Part shown: positions 1 to 13,500 of the stretch, piece by piece
How the letters are laid out: the number at the start of each line of letters is the position of its first letter
Numbering within the stretch: the first letter of the stretch is position 1
Assembly (NCBI RefSeq): GCF_032444005.1
Contig: NC_091282.1
Location: 55,242,001 to 55,306,000, forward strand
Reading direction: 5' to 3'
From: Ranitomeya imitator
Taxonomy: Eukaryota
DNA length: 64,000 bases
Notes under the pieces: model-generated
Told to the model about the DNA's origin: nothing
What the model saw: the letters and a program-made list of their open reading frames with translations, nothing else
Databases searched by the model: none
Position numbers and translations under genes: made by a program

Positions 1-535
1 CAACTTATATGTTTGGATTTTCCCCATAGAAACGTGCAGATGAGGAAAATCCACAGGTAAAAAGCGCATAAGCTTTTTTTATGCTTCTGCTGCAGGAATA
101 TACTAACAATGCATGTAATCTGAACATGACTGTATCAATAACGCTTTGTCAAAAAGAAAGTAACTTAAATTAAAATATGACATAAAAAAGACACAAAAAC
201 ACTATGAAAAAAAGTATAGAAATGTTGAAATTCTGCAACTCCGCTGATCAGGCTGAGGGCAGAGAGCTCCACTCCGACACCAGCAACGTGGAGGTGGGGT
301 ACTGGTATGGGCTGGGATCATCAAAGATGAACTTGTGGGACCTTTTCGGGTTGAGGATGGAGTGAAGCTCAACTCCCAGACCTACTGCCAGTTTCTGGAA
401 GACAAGTTCTTCAAGCAGTGGTACAGGAAGAAGTCGGTATCGTTCAAGAAATACATGATTTTCATGCAGGACAATGCTGCAGGACAATGCTCCATCACAT
501 GCCTCCAACTACTCCACAGCGTGGCTGGCCAGTAA

Positions 536-1304
536 GGCTATGTTCACACCTTGCGTCTGGTCCCTGCGTGTTCTCCCGCAGCGGATTTGATAAATCTGCA
601 GGGCAAAACAACTGCGGTTCTCCCTGCAGATTTATCGCGGTTTGTTCCGCGTTTTCCGCTGCGGGTTTCCGCCTATACTATTGATGCTGCATATGCAGCA
701 TCAATAGTAATGTTAAAAATAATAAAAATTGGTTATACTCACCCTCTGATGTCCGGATCTCCTGGGCGCTGCACCCGGCGGTCCGGTTCCAAAGATGCTG
801 TGGGAGAAGGACCCTTCGTGACGTCACGGTCATGTGACCGCGACGTCACCGCAGGTCCTGGTCGCACAGCAACTCTGACCGGACGGCCGCGTGCAGCGCC
901 CAGGAGCTCCGGACATCAGAGGGTGAGTATAACCAGATTTTTTATTTTTTAACCCCAAATATGGTTCCCAGGGCCTGGAGGAGAGTCTCCTCTCCTCCAC
1001 CCCGGGTACCACCCGCACATTATCCGCTTACTTCCCGCAACGTGGGCACAGCCCCATGCGGGAAGTAAGCGGTTCAATGTATTCCTATGGGTGCAGAATC
1101 GCAGCGATTCTGCACAAAGAAGTGACATGCTGCGGGTTGTAAACCGCTGCGTTCCCGCGCGGTTTTTCCCGCAGCATGTGCACAGCGGTTTGCGGTTTCC
1201 ATAGGGTTTACATGTTACTGTAAACGCTATGGAAACTGCTGCGGACCCGCAGCATCAAAATCGCGGCGGTTCCGCGGTAAAAACCGCTAAGTGTGAATAT
1301 AGCC
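536..1304. mobile_element. PIF/Harbinger-type MITE
   Basis: TAA flanks at 533-535 and 1305-1307; TIR GGCTATGTTCACAC / GTGTGAATATAGCC; internally palindromic. Confidence 0.8.
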
Positions 1305-1307
1305 TAA

Positions 1308-1666
1308 GGGTATGTGCACACGTCAGGATTTCTTGCAGAAATTTTCCTGACAAAAACCAGACATTTCTGCCAGAAATCCGCATGCGTTTTTACCGCGATT
1401 TCAACGCGTTTTTGACGCGTTTTTTGTGCGTTTTTCCCAAATGCATAGAATTGCGGGAAAAACGCAGAAAATCCGCAAAAATAATGAACATGCTCATTTT
1501 TTTACCGCGATGCGTTTTTTTCGCGGAAAAAAACGCATCCATGTGCACAAAACATGCAGAATGCATTCTAAATGATAGAATGCATAATGTATGCGTTTTT
1601 AATGAGTTATTATAGCGTTTTTAGCGCGAAAAAAACGCGAAAAAACCTGAACGTGTGCACATGGCC
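1308..1666. mobile_element. Second PIF/Harbinger-type MITE, abutting the first
   Basis: TAA flanks at 1305-1307 and 1667-1669; TIR GGGTATGTGCACACG / CGTGTGCACATGGCC. Confidence 0.8.
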
Positions 1667-2250
1667 TAAAGGTCTCAAAGAAGAAAAAATAATGACCTGG
1701 CCCCCTTGTTCACCTGATCTGAGCGCCATAGAGAACCTGTGGTCCCTCATAAAACGTGAGATCTACAGGGAGGGAAAACAGTCCACCTCTCGGAGCAGTG
1801 TCTGGAGGCTGTGGAGGCTGCTGCACGCAATGTTCATCGTAAACAGATCAAGCAACTGACAGAATCTATGGATGGAGGCTGCTGAGTGTCATCATAAAGA
1901 AAGGGGGATATATTGGTCACTAATTTTTTTTTTTGTTTTGTTTTTGATGTCAGAAATGTTTATTTCTAAATTTTGTGCAGTTATATTGGTTTACCTGGTG
2001 AAAATCAACAAATGAGATGGGAATATATTTGGTTTTTATTAAGTTGCCTAATAATTCTGCACAGTAATAGTTACCTGCACAAACACATATCCTCCTAAGA
2101 TAGCCAAATCTAAAAAAACCCACTCCAACTTCCAAAAATAATAAGCTTTGATATTTATGAGTCTTTTGGGTTGATTGAGAACATAGTTGTTGATCAATAA
2201 TAAAAATAATCATCTAAAATACAACTTGCCTAATAATTCTGCATGCAGTG

Positions 2251-3860
2251 TAGTTATATTCTTGTACATAGGGGCAGTATTATAGTAGTTATATTCTTGT
2301 AAGGGGGCAGTATTATAGTAGTTATATTCTTGTAAGGGGGCAGTATTATAGTAGTTATATTCTTGTAAGGGGGCAGTATTATAGTAGTTATATTCTTGTA
2401 CATAGGGGCAGTATTATAGTAGTTATATTCTTGTACATAGGGGTAGTATTATAGTAGTTATATTCTTGTACATAGGAGCAGTATTATAGTAGTTATATTC
2501 TTGTACATAGGGGCAGTATTATAGTAGTTATATTCTTGTACATAAGGGACAGTATTATAGTAGTTATATTCTTGTACATAGGAGCAGTATTATAGTAGTT
2601 ATATTCTTGTACATAGGGGCAGTATTATAGTAGTTATATTCTTGTACATAGGGGCAGTATTATAGTGGTTATATTCTTGTACATAGGGGCAGTATTATAG
2701 TAGTAATATTCTTGTACATAGGGGCAGTATTATAGTGGTTATATTCTTGTACATAGGGGCAGTATTATAGTAGTTATATTCTTGTACATAGGGGCAGTAT
2801 TATAGTAGTTATATTCTTGTACATAGGGGCAGTATTATAGTAGTTATATTCTTGTACATAGGGGCAGTATTATAGTAGTTATATTCTTGTACATAGGGGC
2901 AGTATTATAGTGGTTATATTCTTGTACATAGGGGCAGTATTATAGTAGTTATATTCTTGTACATAGGGGCAGTATTATAGTAGTTATATTCTTGTACATA
3001 GGGGCAGTATTATAGTAGCTATATTCTTGTACATAGGAGCAGTATTATAGTAGTTATATTCTTGTAAGGGGGCAGTATTATAGTATTTAGATTCTTGTAC
3101 ATAAGGGACAGTATTATAGTAGTTATATTCTTGTACATAGGGGCAGTATTATAGTGGTTATATTCTTGTACATAGGGGCAGTATTATAGTAGTTATATTC
3201 TTGTACATAGGGGCAGTATTATAGTGGTTATATTCTTGTACATAGGGGCAGTATTATAGTAGTTATATTCTTGTACATAGAAGTAGTATTATAGTAGTTA
3301 TATTCTTGTACATAGGGGCAGTATTATAGTAGTTATATTCTTGTACATAGGAGCAGTATTATAGTAGTTATATTCTTGTAAGGGGGCAGTATTATAGTAT
3401 TTAGATTCTTGTACATAAGGGACAGTATTATAGTAGTTATATTCTTGTACATAGGGGCAGTATTATAGTAGTTATATTCTTACACATAGAAAGCAGTATT
3501 ATAATAGTTATATTCTTGTACATAAGAGCAGTATTATAGTAGTTATATTCTTGCACATAGGGGCAGTATTATAGTAGTTATATTCTTGTACATAGGAGCA
3601 GTATTATAGTAGTTATATTCTTGTACATAGGAGCAGTATTATAGTGGTTATATTCTTGTACATAGGAGCAGTATTATAGTAGTTATATTCTTGTACATAG
3701 GGGCAGTATTATAGTAGTTATATTCTTGTACATAGGGGCAGTATTATAGTAGTTATATTCTTGTACATAGGGGCAGTATTATAGTAGTTATATTCTTGTA
3801 CACAGGGGCAGTATTATGTAGTAGTTATATTCTTGTACATAGAAGTATTACAGTAGTTGT
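2251..3860. repeat. 35-bp AT-rich minisatellite (GTACATAGGGGCAGTATTATAGTAGTTATATTCTT)n, about 45 copies
   Basis: Period read directly from the sequence (e.g. 2401 and 2436). Confidence 0.95.
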
Positions 3861-4463
3861 GACAGAATAGTCTACAGTTGTTCTAGGTGTGACCATATTC
3901 ATGTTGATGAATCCACAATGGTTTGTCTGTGGACGGTGGATGATTGCAACAAATATAAGTATTAAAAGGGCAGGAGATTTAAAAGTCAGACTTGCTTCCT
4001 AATTCAGGTATCGCCCCCTGAATATCAGCTGCTGAGGCTGAAGCTTTAAACACAATCTGAGTCCGCAGCACATCGGAAAAAGCAGAAACTGAGCTCATTA
4101 CGCTGAATTTGAAATGGAAGCGCCTGGGAAAATGGCTTAAGCAGCAATTCCCTAATGAAATTAAATTATTGGAATAACTACTGTAGGGTGCAAAGTAGCT
4201 AACAAAATGGAGTTGTACCCCCTAAAGGTTCAGAATCGGTCCTGAGCCAGTGTAGCAAACCCTCGGCTATAAGATATATCAGACCTGGGTTTGGTTTTCA
4301 GTCTGAAAACGAATTGGTTGCTTTGGAAACTGTTTCAAGTTTTACTGATTTTAATAAATAAATCCCAAGTGTTTAAATTTTGAGGATTTGCACACAATGA
4401 TAATTTATAAAGCTATTGTACAGCTGAATTATACCAGTCATCTGCAGGATAACAAAGGAACTA

Positions 4464-5110
4464 CAGTTGTGCTCAAAAGTTTACATACCCCGGCAGAATG
4501 TTTTGCTTTCTTGGGCACAGGGAACTTGGTCAAAGTTGAAGGAAAGATGAATGCAGCACGTTATCAGCAAATACTGGAGGCAAATTTGCAATCATCAGCC
4601 CGGAAGCTGCGCCTGGGACATACTTGAGCATTCTAACATGAGAAAGTTCCAAAACACAAAGCTAAGTCAACCTATCATTGGCTACAGCAGGACAAAGTGA
4701 AGGTTCTGGAGTGGCCATCTCAGTCTCCTGACCACAATATCATTGAGCCACTCAGGAGATCTCAAGCGCACAGTTCATACAAGACAGCCCAGGAATGAAC
4801 AGGAACTGGAGGCTTTTTGCCAGAAGAGTGGACAGCTTTACCTTCTGAGAAAATAAAGAACCTCAACCACAACTACCACAAAAGACTTCAAGCTGTCATT
4901 GATGTTAGAGGGTGTAATACACGGTATTAAGAATGGGGTATGTGAACTTTTGATCAAGGTCATTCGGATGTTTTGAGTTGTCATTATCATTTAAAAAGAG
5001 AAAACACAGTAATTTGACAGTAAATGGCTTCACCCAACCACAAACCATGAGTGGAGAAAAAGTTTTGGTGTTATCATTCATATTCTATGAAAAAAGGCCA
5101 AGAAGGCAAA
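4464..5110 (+). mobile_element. Internally deleted Tc1-like element
   Basis: TA|CAGTTGTGCTCAAAAGTTTACATACCC left end; decayed transposase [32 protein letters not shown]. Confidence 0.75.
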
Positions 5111-5319
5111 AATGGTGACAGGTACAAGTGACCCCCAATACAGAGAGGTGACAGATGCGAATGACCCCAGTACAGACAGGTGATTCCAGTATAGAGAGAA
5201 TTAAAACGTATAAAGGATATTACTAAAGAGCTACTTTTCCAGGACATGTATTTTCGGCCCAAGATGCAGTTTGCGAAAAATAAAAAATAGTCGGTGATGG
5301 CGGCGTACTCAGCACCATC

Positions 5320-6670
5320 TCTCAGAGGCAGGTGGCATACCCGGCACAGGCAGTACACCCAGCACCATCTCTCCAGCACAGACAGCATACCCAGCACCAT
5401 CTCACCAGCACAGACAGCATACCCGTCACCATCTCCCCAGCACAGGCAGTACCCCCAGCACCATCTCCCCAGCACAGGCAGCATACCCAGCACCATCTCT
5501 CCAGCACAGACAGCATACCCAGCACCATCTCTCCAGCACAGACAGCATACCCGGCACCATCTCTCCAGCACAGACAGCATACCCGGCACCATCTCTCCAG
5601 CACAGACAGCATACCCGGCACCATCTCTCCAGCACAGGCAGCATACCCGGCACCATCTCTCCAGCACAGACAGCATACCCGGCACCATCTCTCCAGCACA
5701 GGCAGCATACCCGGCACCATCTCTCCAGCACAGGCAGCATACCCGGCACCATCTCCCCAGCACAGGCAGTACCCCCAGCACCATCTCCCCAGCACAGACA
5801 GCATACCAGTCACCATCTCCCCAGCACAGGCAGTACCCCCAGCACCATCTCCCCAGCACAGGCAGCATACCCGGCACCATCTCCCGAGCACAGGCAGCAT
5901 ACCCGGCACCATCTCCCGAGCACAGGCAGCATACCCGGCACCATCTCCCGAGCACAGGCAGCATACCCGGCACCATCTCCCCAGCACAGACAGCATACCC
6001 GGCACCATCTCTCCAGCACAGGCAGCATACCCGGCACCATCTCTCCAGCACAGACAGCATACCCGGCACCATCTCTCCAGCACAGGCAGCATACCCGGCA
6101 CCATCTCTCCAGCACAGGCAGCATACCCGGCACCATCTCCCCAGCACAGGCAGTACCCCCAGCACCATCTCCCCAGCACAGACAGCATACCAGTCACCAT
6201 CTCCCCAGCACAGGCAGTACCCCCAGCACCATCTCCCCAGCACAGGCAGCATACCCGGCACCATCTCCCGAGCACAGGCAGCATACCCGGCACCATCTCC
6301 CGAGCACAGGCAGCATACCCGGCACCATCTCCCGAGCACAGGCAGCATACCCGGCACCATCTCCCCAGCACAGACAGCATACCCGGCACCATCTCTCCAG
6401 CACAGACAGCATACCCAGCACCATCTCTCCAGCACAGACAGCATACCCGGCGCCATCTCCCCAGCACAGGCAGCATACCCGGCGCCATCTCCCCAGCACA
6501 GGCAGCATACCCGGCGCCATCTCCCCAGCACAGGCAGCATACTCGGCGCCATCTCCCCAGCACATGCAGCATACCCGGCGCCATCTCCCCAGCACAGGCA
6601 GCATACCCGGCGCCATCTCCCCACCACAGGCAGCATACCCGGCGCCATCTCCCCAGCACAGGCAGCACCC
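5320..6670. repeat. 32-bp minisatellite (CAGCACAGACAGCATACCCGGCACCATCTCTC)n with a 384-bp higher-order period
   Basis: Direct repeats; ORF boundaries recur at 5426, 5810 and 6194 (12 x 32). Confidence 0.93.
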
Positions 6671-7027
6671 CCAGAATAGGGGAATCCCCCGATGGGCCCC
6701 TGTGCCGATCTGTGCGCCTGGCACCACTGTATATATAGGCAGTACTTGGCATAATTCACTCTGTACAGAAAAAAGCTGCATCACATCATTCAGTAACCAA
6801 ACTACCCAGAGCATTATTATACAACAATATATGCTTGTGGACAGGGATAGTGTACTATTTATCTGCAGGTAAAAAATGGGCCCCCCAAAGTCAATTCTAC
6901 TGGTGGGCAGCTGTCACCCCAGTCAGACACTGCCCAGCACTCTCTCCCCCCAGCACGAGCAGTATACCCAACAATATATCCCCAGCACTGGCAGTATACC
7001 CAGCACTGTATCAGCAATACAGGCAGC

Positions 7028-8260
7028 CTGTCACCAGTGAGGCCAGTGTACCCGGCGCCGTCACCAGTGAGACCAGTGCACCCGGCGCTGTCACCAGCGA
7101 GACCAGTGCACCCGGCGCCGTCACCAGTGAGACCAGTGCACCCGGCGCTGTCACCAGTGAGACCAGTGTACTCGGCGCTGTCACCAGTGAGACCAGTGCA
7201 CCCGGCGCTGTCACCAGCGAGACCAGTGCACCCGGCGCTGTCACCAGTGAGACCAGTGTACTCGGCGCTGTCACCAGGGAGACCAGTGCACCCGGCGCTG
7301 TCACCAGCGAGACCAGTGCACCCGGCGCTGTCACCAGTGAGACCAGTGCACCCGGCGCTGTCACCAGCGAGACCAGTGTACCCGGCGCTGTCACCAGTGA
7401 GACCAATGTACCCGGCGCTGTCACCAGTGAGACCAGTGCACCCGGCGCTGTCACCAGTGAGACCAATGTACCCGGCGCTGTCACCAGTGAGACCAGTGCA
7501 CCCGGCGCTGTCACCAGTGAGACCAGTGCACCCGGCGCTGTCACCAGTGAGACCAGTGCACCCGGCGCTGTCACCAGTGAGACCAGTGCACCCGGCGCTG
7601 TCACCAGTGAGACCAGTGTACTCGGCGCTGTCACCAGTGAGACCAGTGCACCCGGCGCTGTCACCAGTGAGACCAGTGCACCCGGCGCTGTCACCAGTGA
7701 GACCAGTGCACCCGGCGCTGTCACCAGTGAGACCAGTGCACCCGGCACTGTCACCAGTGAGACCAGTGTACCCGGCGCTGTCACCAGTGAGACCAGTGCA
7801 CCCGGCGCTGTCACCAGTGAGATCAGTGTACTCGGCGCTGTCACCAGTGAGACCAGTGCACCCGGCGCTGTCACCAGTGAGACCAGTGCACCCGGCGCTG
7901 TCACCAGTGAGACCAGTGCACCCGGCGCTGTCACCAGTGAGACCAGTGCACCCGGCGCTGTCACCAGTGAGATCAGTGTACTCGGCGCTGTCACCAGTGA
8001 GACCAGTGCACCCGGCGCTGTCACCAGTGAGACCAGTGCACCCGGCGCTGTCACCAGTGAGACCAGTGCACCCGGCGCTGTCACCAGTGAGACCAGTGCA
8101 CCCGGCACTGTCACCAGTGAGACCAGTGTACCCGGCGCTGTCACCAGTGAGACCAGTGCACCCGGCGCTGTCACCAGTGAGATCAGTGTACTCGGCGCTG
8201 TCACCAGTGAGACCAGTGCACCCGGCGCTGTCACCAGTGAGACCAGTGCACCCGGCGCTG
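7028..8260. repeat. 30-bp minisatellite (GTCACCAGTGAGACCAGTGCACCCGGCGCT)n
   Basis: About 41 near-identical copies; variant CGGCACTG recurs at a 360-bp spacing. Confidence 0.95.
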
Positions 8261-8494
8261 TCTGCCGTCAGGACTCACCCGGGAGTACAGCTCGTACACT
8301 GACATGCTGGGTCCGGGCTGATCACTGCGCGCTCTCCATACGGTGTTCCGGGCTCCCGCCGCTGCCGGCGACCTTTACCTCCAGTCCCGGCAGTGAGTAA
8401 TCCCCGTCCCCGGGCTCCTGCCGCCTCCTCCAGCCACTGGCTCCACCTCACGCCGCTCCCTGCACAGGTGTGGGAGGAGAGCGGCTCCCAGCAC

Positions 8495-10412
8495 AGTGCA
8501 CGGTACACACCGTGATCACACCGCGGATAGTGCACAGTACACACCGTGATCACACCGCGGATAGTGCACAGTACACACCGTGATCACACCGCGGATAGTG
8601 CACAGTACACACCGTGATCACACCGCATATAGTGCACGGTACACACCGTGATCACACCGCGGATAGTGCACGGTACACACCGTGATCACACCGCATATAG
8701 GGCACGGTACACACCGTGATCACACCGCATATAGTGCACGGTACACACCGTGATCACACCGCATATAGTGCACGGTACACACCGTGATCACACCGCGGAT
8801 AGTGCACAGTACACACCGTGATCACACCGCATATAGTGCACGGTACACACCGTGATCACACCGCATATAGTGCACGGTACACACCGTGATCACACCGCAT
8901 ATAGTGCTCGGTACACACCGTGATCACACCGCATATAGTGCACGGTACACACCGTGATCACACCGCATATAGTGCACGGTACACACCGTGATCACACCGC
9001 GGATAGTGCACGGTACACACCGTGATCACACCGCGTATAGTGCACGGTACACACCGTGATCACACCGCGTATAGTGCACGGTACACACCGTGATCACACC
9101 GCATATAGTGCACGGTACACACCGTGATCACACCGCATATAGTGCACGGTACACACCGTGATCACACCGCGTATAGTGCACGGTACACACCGTGATCACA
9201 CCGCGTATAGGGCACAGTACACACCGTGATCACACCGCGTATAGTGCACGGTACACACCGTGATCACACCGCGTATAGTGCACAGTACACACCGTGATCA
9301 CACCGCATATAGGGCACAGTACACACCGTGATCACACCGCATATAGGGCACGGTACACACCGTGATCACACCGCATATAGTGCACGGTACACACCGTGAT
9401 CACACCGCATATAGTGCACGGTACACACCGTGATCACACCGCATATAGTGCACGGTACACACCGTGATCACACCGCATATAGTGCACGGTACACACCGTG
9501 ATCACACCGCATATAGTGCACGGTACACACCGTGATCACACCGCATATAGGGCACAGTACACACCGTGATCACACCGCATATAGTGCACAGTACACACCG
9601 TGATCACACCGCATATAGGGCACGGTACACACCGTGATCACACCGCATATAGTGCACGGTACACACCGTGATCACACCGCATATAGTGCACAGTACACAC
9701 CGTGATCACACCGCATATAGTGCACGGTACACACCGTGATCACACCGCATATAGTGCACGGTACACACCGTGATCACACCGCATATAGTGCACGGTGCAC
9801 AGTACACACCGTGATCACACCGCGTATAGTGCACGGTACACACCGTGATCACACCGCGTATAGTGCACAGTACACACCGTGATCACACCGCATATAGGGC
9901 ACAGTACACACCGTGATCACACCGCATATAGGGCACAGTACACACCGTGATCACACCGCATATAGTGCACAGTACACACCGTGATCACACCGCATATAGT
10001 GCACGGTACACACCGTGATCACACCGCATATAGTGCACGGTACACACCGTGATCACACCGCATATAGTGCACGGTACACACCGTGATCACACCGCATATA
10101 GTGCACGGTACACACCGTGATCACACCGCATATAGGGCACAGTACACACCGTGATCACACCGCATATAGTGCACAGTACACACCGTGATCACACCGCATA
10201 TAGGGCACGGTACACACCGTGATCACACCGCATATAGTGCACGGTACACACCGTGATCACACCGCATATAGTGCACAGTACACACCGTGATCACACCGCA
10301 TATAGTGCACGGTACACACCGTGATCACACCGCATATAGTGCACGGTGCACAGTACACACCGTGATCACACTGCATATATTGCACAGTACACACCGTGAT
10401 CATACTGCATAT
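8495..10412. repeat. 34-bp CpG-rich minisatellite (GTGCACGGTACACACCGTGATCACACCGCATATA)n
   Basis: Period 34 (8521 and 8555); about 56 copies. Confidence 0.95.
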
Positions 10413-11277
10413 ACACTTAGGTCCAGAAATTTTGGAGAGAGACACAATTATGGGCATAATTATAGTGAGGCTTATAGTGCCGCCACTCAGCCTTAATTTG
10501 AGGGTATTAACATCCTAGTTGGAGTAATGGTTTAGAAATTACAGATTTTTATTTTTTTATTTTTATGAAGCTGCCTCTTTTTAAAGTTACCAAAAGATTG
10601 GACAGTTATCCCAAAAGCTCTTTAATGGACCGTATGGGCTTTTCCCTCATTTATCCATCATCAGTTAAGTAGGTGAAAGGTCCAGAGCTGATTCCAGGTG
10701 TGGCATTTGCCTTTGGAAGCTGTTGCTGTGAGCCCACAAAATGCGGTTAAAGGAGCTCTCAATGGAAAAGAAAAAGATCATCAGAGAGATATCGGAAATG
10801 TAAGGAACATTCTGCCAAAAAAGAGCTCCCTGGTGAGCTTGGGATCACAAAAAGGCCTGGATGTCTACAGAAGACCACAGTGGTGGATGAGCGGAGAATC
10901 CTTCCCATGGTGAAAAAAATCCTCTTCACATCAACCAACCAAGTGAAGAACACTCTTCGAGTAGTCGGTGTCTCAGTATATTAGTCTACCATATAGAGAA
11001 GATTTCATGAAAGCAAGTACAGAGGGTTCACCTCAAGGTGCAAACCATTAATCAGCCTGAAAAATAGAAAGGCCAGATTAGACTTTGCGATAAAACATCT
11101 AAAGAAGTCGCCCAGTTTTGGAAAAGCAAAACTAAGATCAAGCTGTACCAGAAAGTATGGAGAAGGCTTGGAACGACCCATGATCCAAAGCTCAGCACGT
11201 CCTCTGTAACACATGGGAGGGGCGGTGGGATGGCGCGGACAAGCAGTCTTCCAATGGCAATGAGTCACTAGTGTTTA

Positions 11278-13500
11278 CAGTGCCTTGCGAAAGTATTCAC
11301 CCTCTTGGCTTTCAACCTATTTTGTTACATTACTGTTTTACGATTCATTATGGGATTCATGACGGCTCTGGTTCGGCTGTAATTGAAATTTTTTTTCCTT
11401 TTGGTCCAGGAAGAGTTAGTGTCAGTATCTTGCTGGCAGCTGCTTTTAGGCTGGTCAGCTGATGTTGGTAACCACTCCCCCATCCTTTAAATAGTCACAT
11501 GACCCATCACCTGATCACCAGTCATAGAGATATTCTATGCAGACCAGCCTGGAGTGAGGAGCTCTCCCGTGTTGGTGGTATACCATGTGCCATATTCTCT
11601 GCTGCCGTGAAGCTTAGCAGCAAAGCCTGAAACTGAGTATTTTGCCACTTTTTCTTTGTCCAGCCCATGTTTGTCTCTTCTCCTGTGTTACCATCTGCAG
11701 TGGTGAGGCTAGCGTCCTTTCCGGCTAATGGACTAGGCAGGGTACATTGAGGAGACAATCAGGGACTAAGCATGTGACGGCGGCGGGGGGAAGGACCTGC
11801 ACAGGGTGTTAGGGGAGTTTAGGGACAGGTACAGTTTCATGTCAAGAGGTGACCAATCCCTTGCTCCCTAACTTCAGGGCCTTCCTCTCCCTTTTTCCAT
11901 CCTGTCGCAGTTGTATGCTGTGTCGTCTGCCGGACTTACCCGTGTTCGAACGTGACAATTACAACCTGTATTTAAATATTTTCATAATCCAATTAGTGTG
12001 TGACGCACCAGCACCAGTGTAAGTTGGTGAAGGGAAACAAATATAGACATAAATTTAATTTATGGCATCAAATAACTAAAAATCGGCATGTGCATATGTA
12101 TTCACCCCTTTTGCTATGAAGCTCCTAAAAATGCCTGGTGCAAGCAATTCCCTTCATAAGTCCCATTGTTATTGAAAGGACATCGCCCTGTGTGCAGTCT
12201 AAGTGTCACATGTCTGTCAGTAGATACACTTTACCTTTTCTGAAAGGCCACAGAGACTGCAACACCATTAACAAGAGGCCACCACTAACCAAACACCATG
12301 AAGACCAAGGAGGTCTCCAAATAACACCATGAAGACCAAGGAGATCTCCAAACAAGTCAGGGACAAAGTTGTTGAGAAATATAAGTCAAGGTTGGGTTTA
12401 TAAAAAAAATCCCAATCTCTCATGATCCCTGGAGCACCATCAAACCCATTATCATCAAATGGGAAGAACATGGTGCCACAACAAACCTGCCAAGAGAGGG
12501 CCGCCCACCAAAACTCTCAGCTCGGGCAAGGAGGGCATTAATCAGAGAGGCAGCACAGAGACCAAAGGTGACCCTGAAGGAGCTGCAGAGTTCCCAAACA
12601 GAGACTGTAGTATCTGTCCATACGACCACAATAAGCCGTACACTCCATAGAGATGGCCTTTATGGAAGAGTGGACAGAAAAAAGCTTTTACTTACACTAA
12701 AATTGTAAGGCTCGTTTTTAGTTTGGGAAAAGACATGTGGGAGACTCCTCAAATGTATGGAGGAAGGTAGTGTGGTCAGATGAGACCAAAATTGAACTTT
12801 TTGGCCACCAAGGTAAATGCTATGACTGCACCAAACCAACGCAGCTCATGACCCCAAGAACATCATTCCCACAGTGAAACATGGTGGTGGCAGCATCATG
12901 CTGTGAGGATGGTTTTTGGCAGCAGGGACATGGAAAATGGTCCGAGTCGAGAGGGAGATGGATGGTGCGAAATACTGGGATATTCTTGAGCAAAACCTAT
13001 TTCAATCTGTCAGTGATGTGAGACTGGGACGGAGGTTCACCTTCCAACAAGACAATGACCCAAAGCATACTGCTAAAGCAACACTCGAGTGGTTGAAGGG
13101 GAACCGTGTAAATGTTTTGGAGTGGCCTAATCACAGCCCAGACCTTAATCCAATTGAGAATCTGTGGTCAGACGTGAAGATTGCTGTTCACCTGAGGAAA
13201 CCATCTAGCCTGAAGGAGCTGGAGCAGTTTTGCCTTGAGGAATGGGAAAAAATCCCAGCGGCAAGATGTGGAAAGCTCAGAGACTTATCCGAAGCAACTT
13301 GCAGCTGTAATTGCCGCAAAAGGAGGCTCCACAAAGTACTGACTTTAGGGGGTGAATAGTTATGCACACTGAAGTTATCAGTTATTTTGTCCTATTTGAT
13401 GTTCGCTTCACAATAAAAAAATAAAATGACATTCCGGGTTGAGGTAGCAAAACATGAAATATGCTATGGGGATGGTGGTGACTACTTTTACAAGCCTCTG
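11278..13500 (+). mobile_element. Tc1-like element B (defective transposase) nested in element A
   Basis: TIR CAGTGCCTTGCGAAAGTATTCAC / GTGACTACTTTTACAAGCCTCTG, TA flanks; ORF 12916..13359 carries FQQDNDPKH..WPNHSPDLNPIENLW (DD34E C-terminal half). Confidence 0.88.
11334..11957. mobile_element. Solo LTR (624 bp) nested in Tc1 element B
   Basis: TG...CA ends with 5-bp target duplication ATTAC (11329-11333, 11958-11962). Confidence 0.8.

Larger units (their letters stand above)
250..2250 (+). mobile_element. Defective Tc1/mariner element (C-terminal transposase and right end), interrupted by two MITEs
   Basis: Transposase fragments WAGIIKDELVGPFRVEDGVKLNSQTYC..FMQDNA, resuming after 1669 as KGLKEEKIMTWPPCSPDLSAIENLW; terminus ..GCAGTG|TA at 2250. 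Confidence 0.85.

Noticed and set aside
5074-6759. 460-560-aa ORFs on both strands
   Set aside because: Translations of the 32-bp minisatellite.
6835-8400. 521-aa mucin-like ORF (GAVTSETSAP)n
   Set aside because: It is a 30-bp minisatellite open in several frames on both strands, with no signal peptide, splice context or unique domain.
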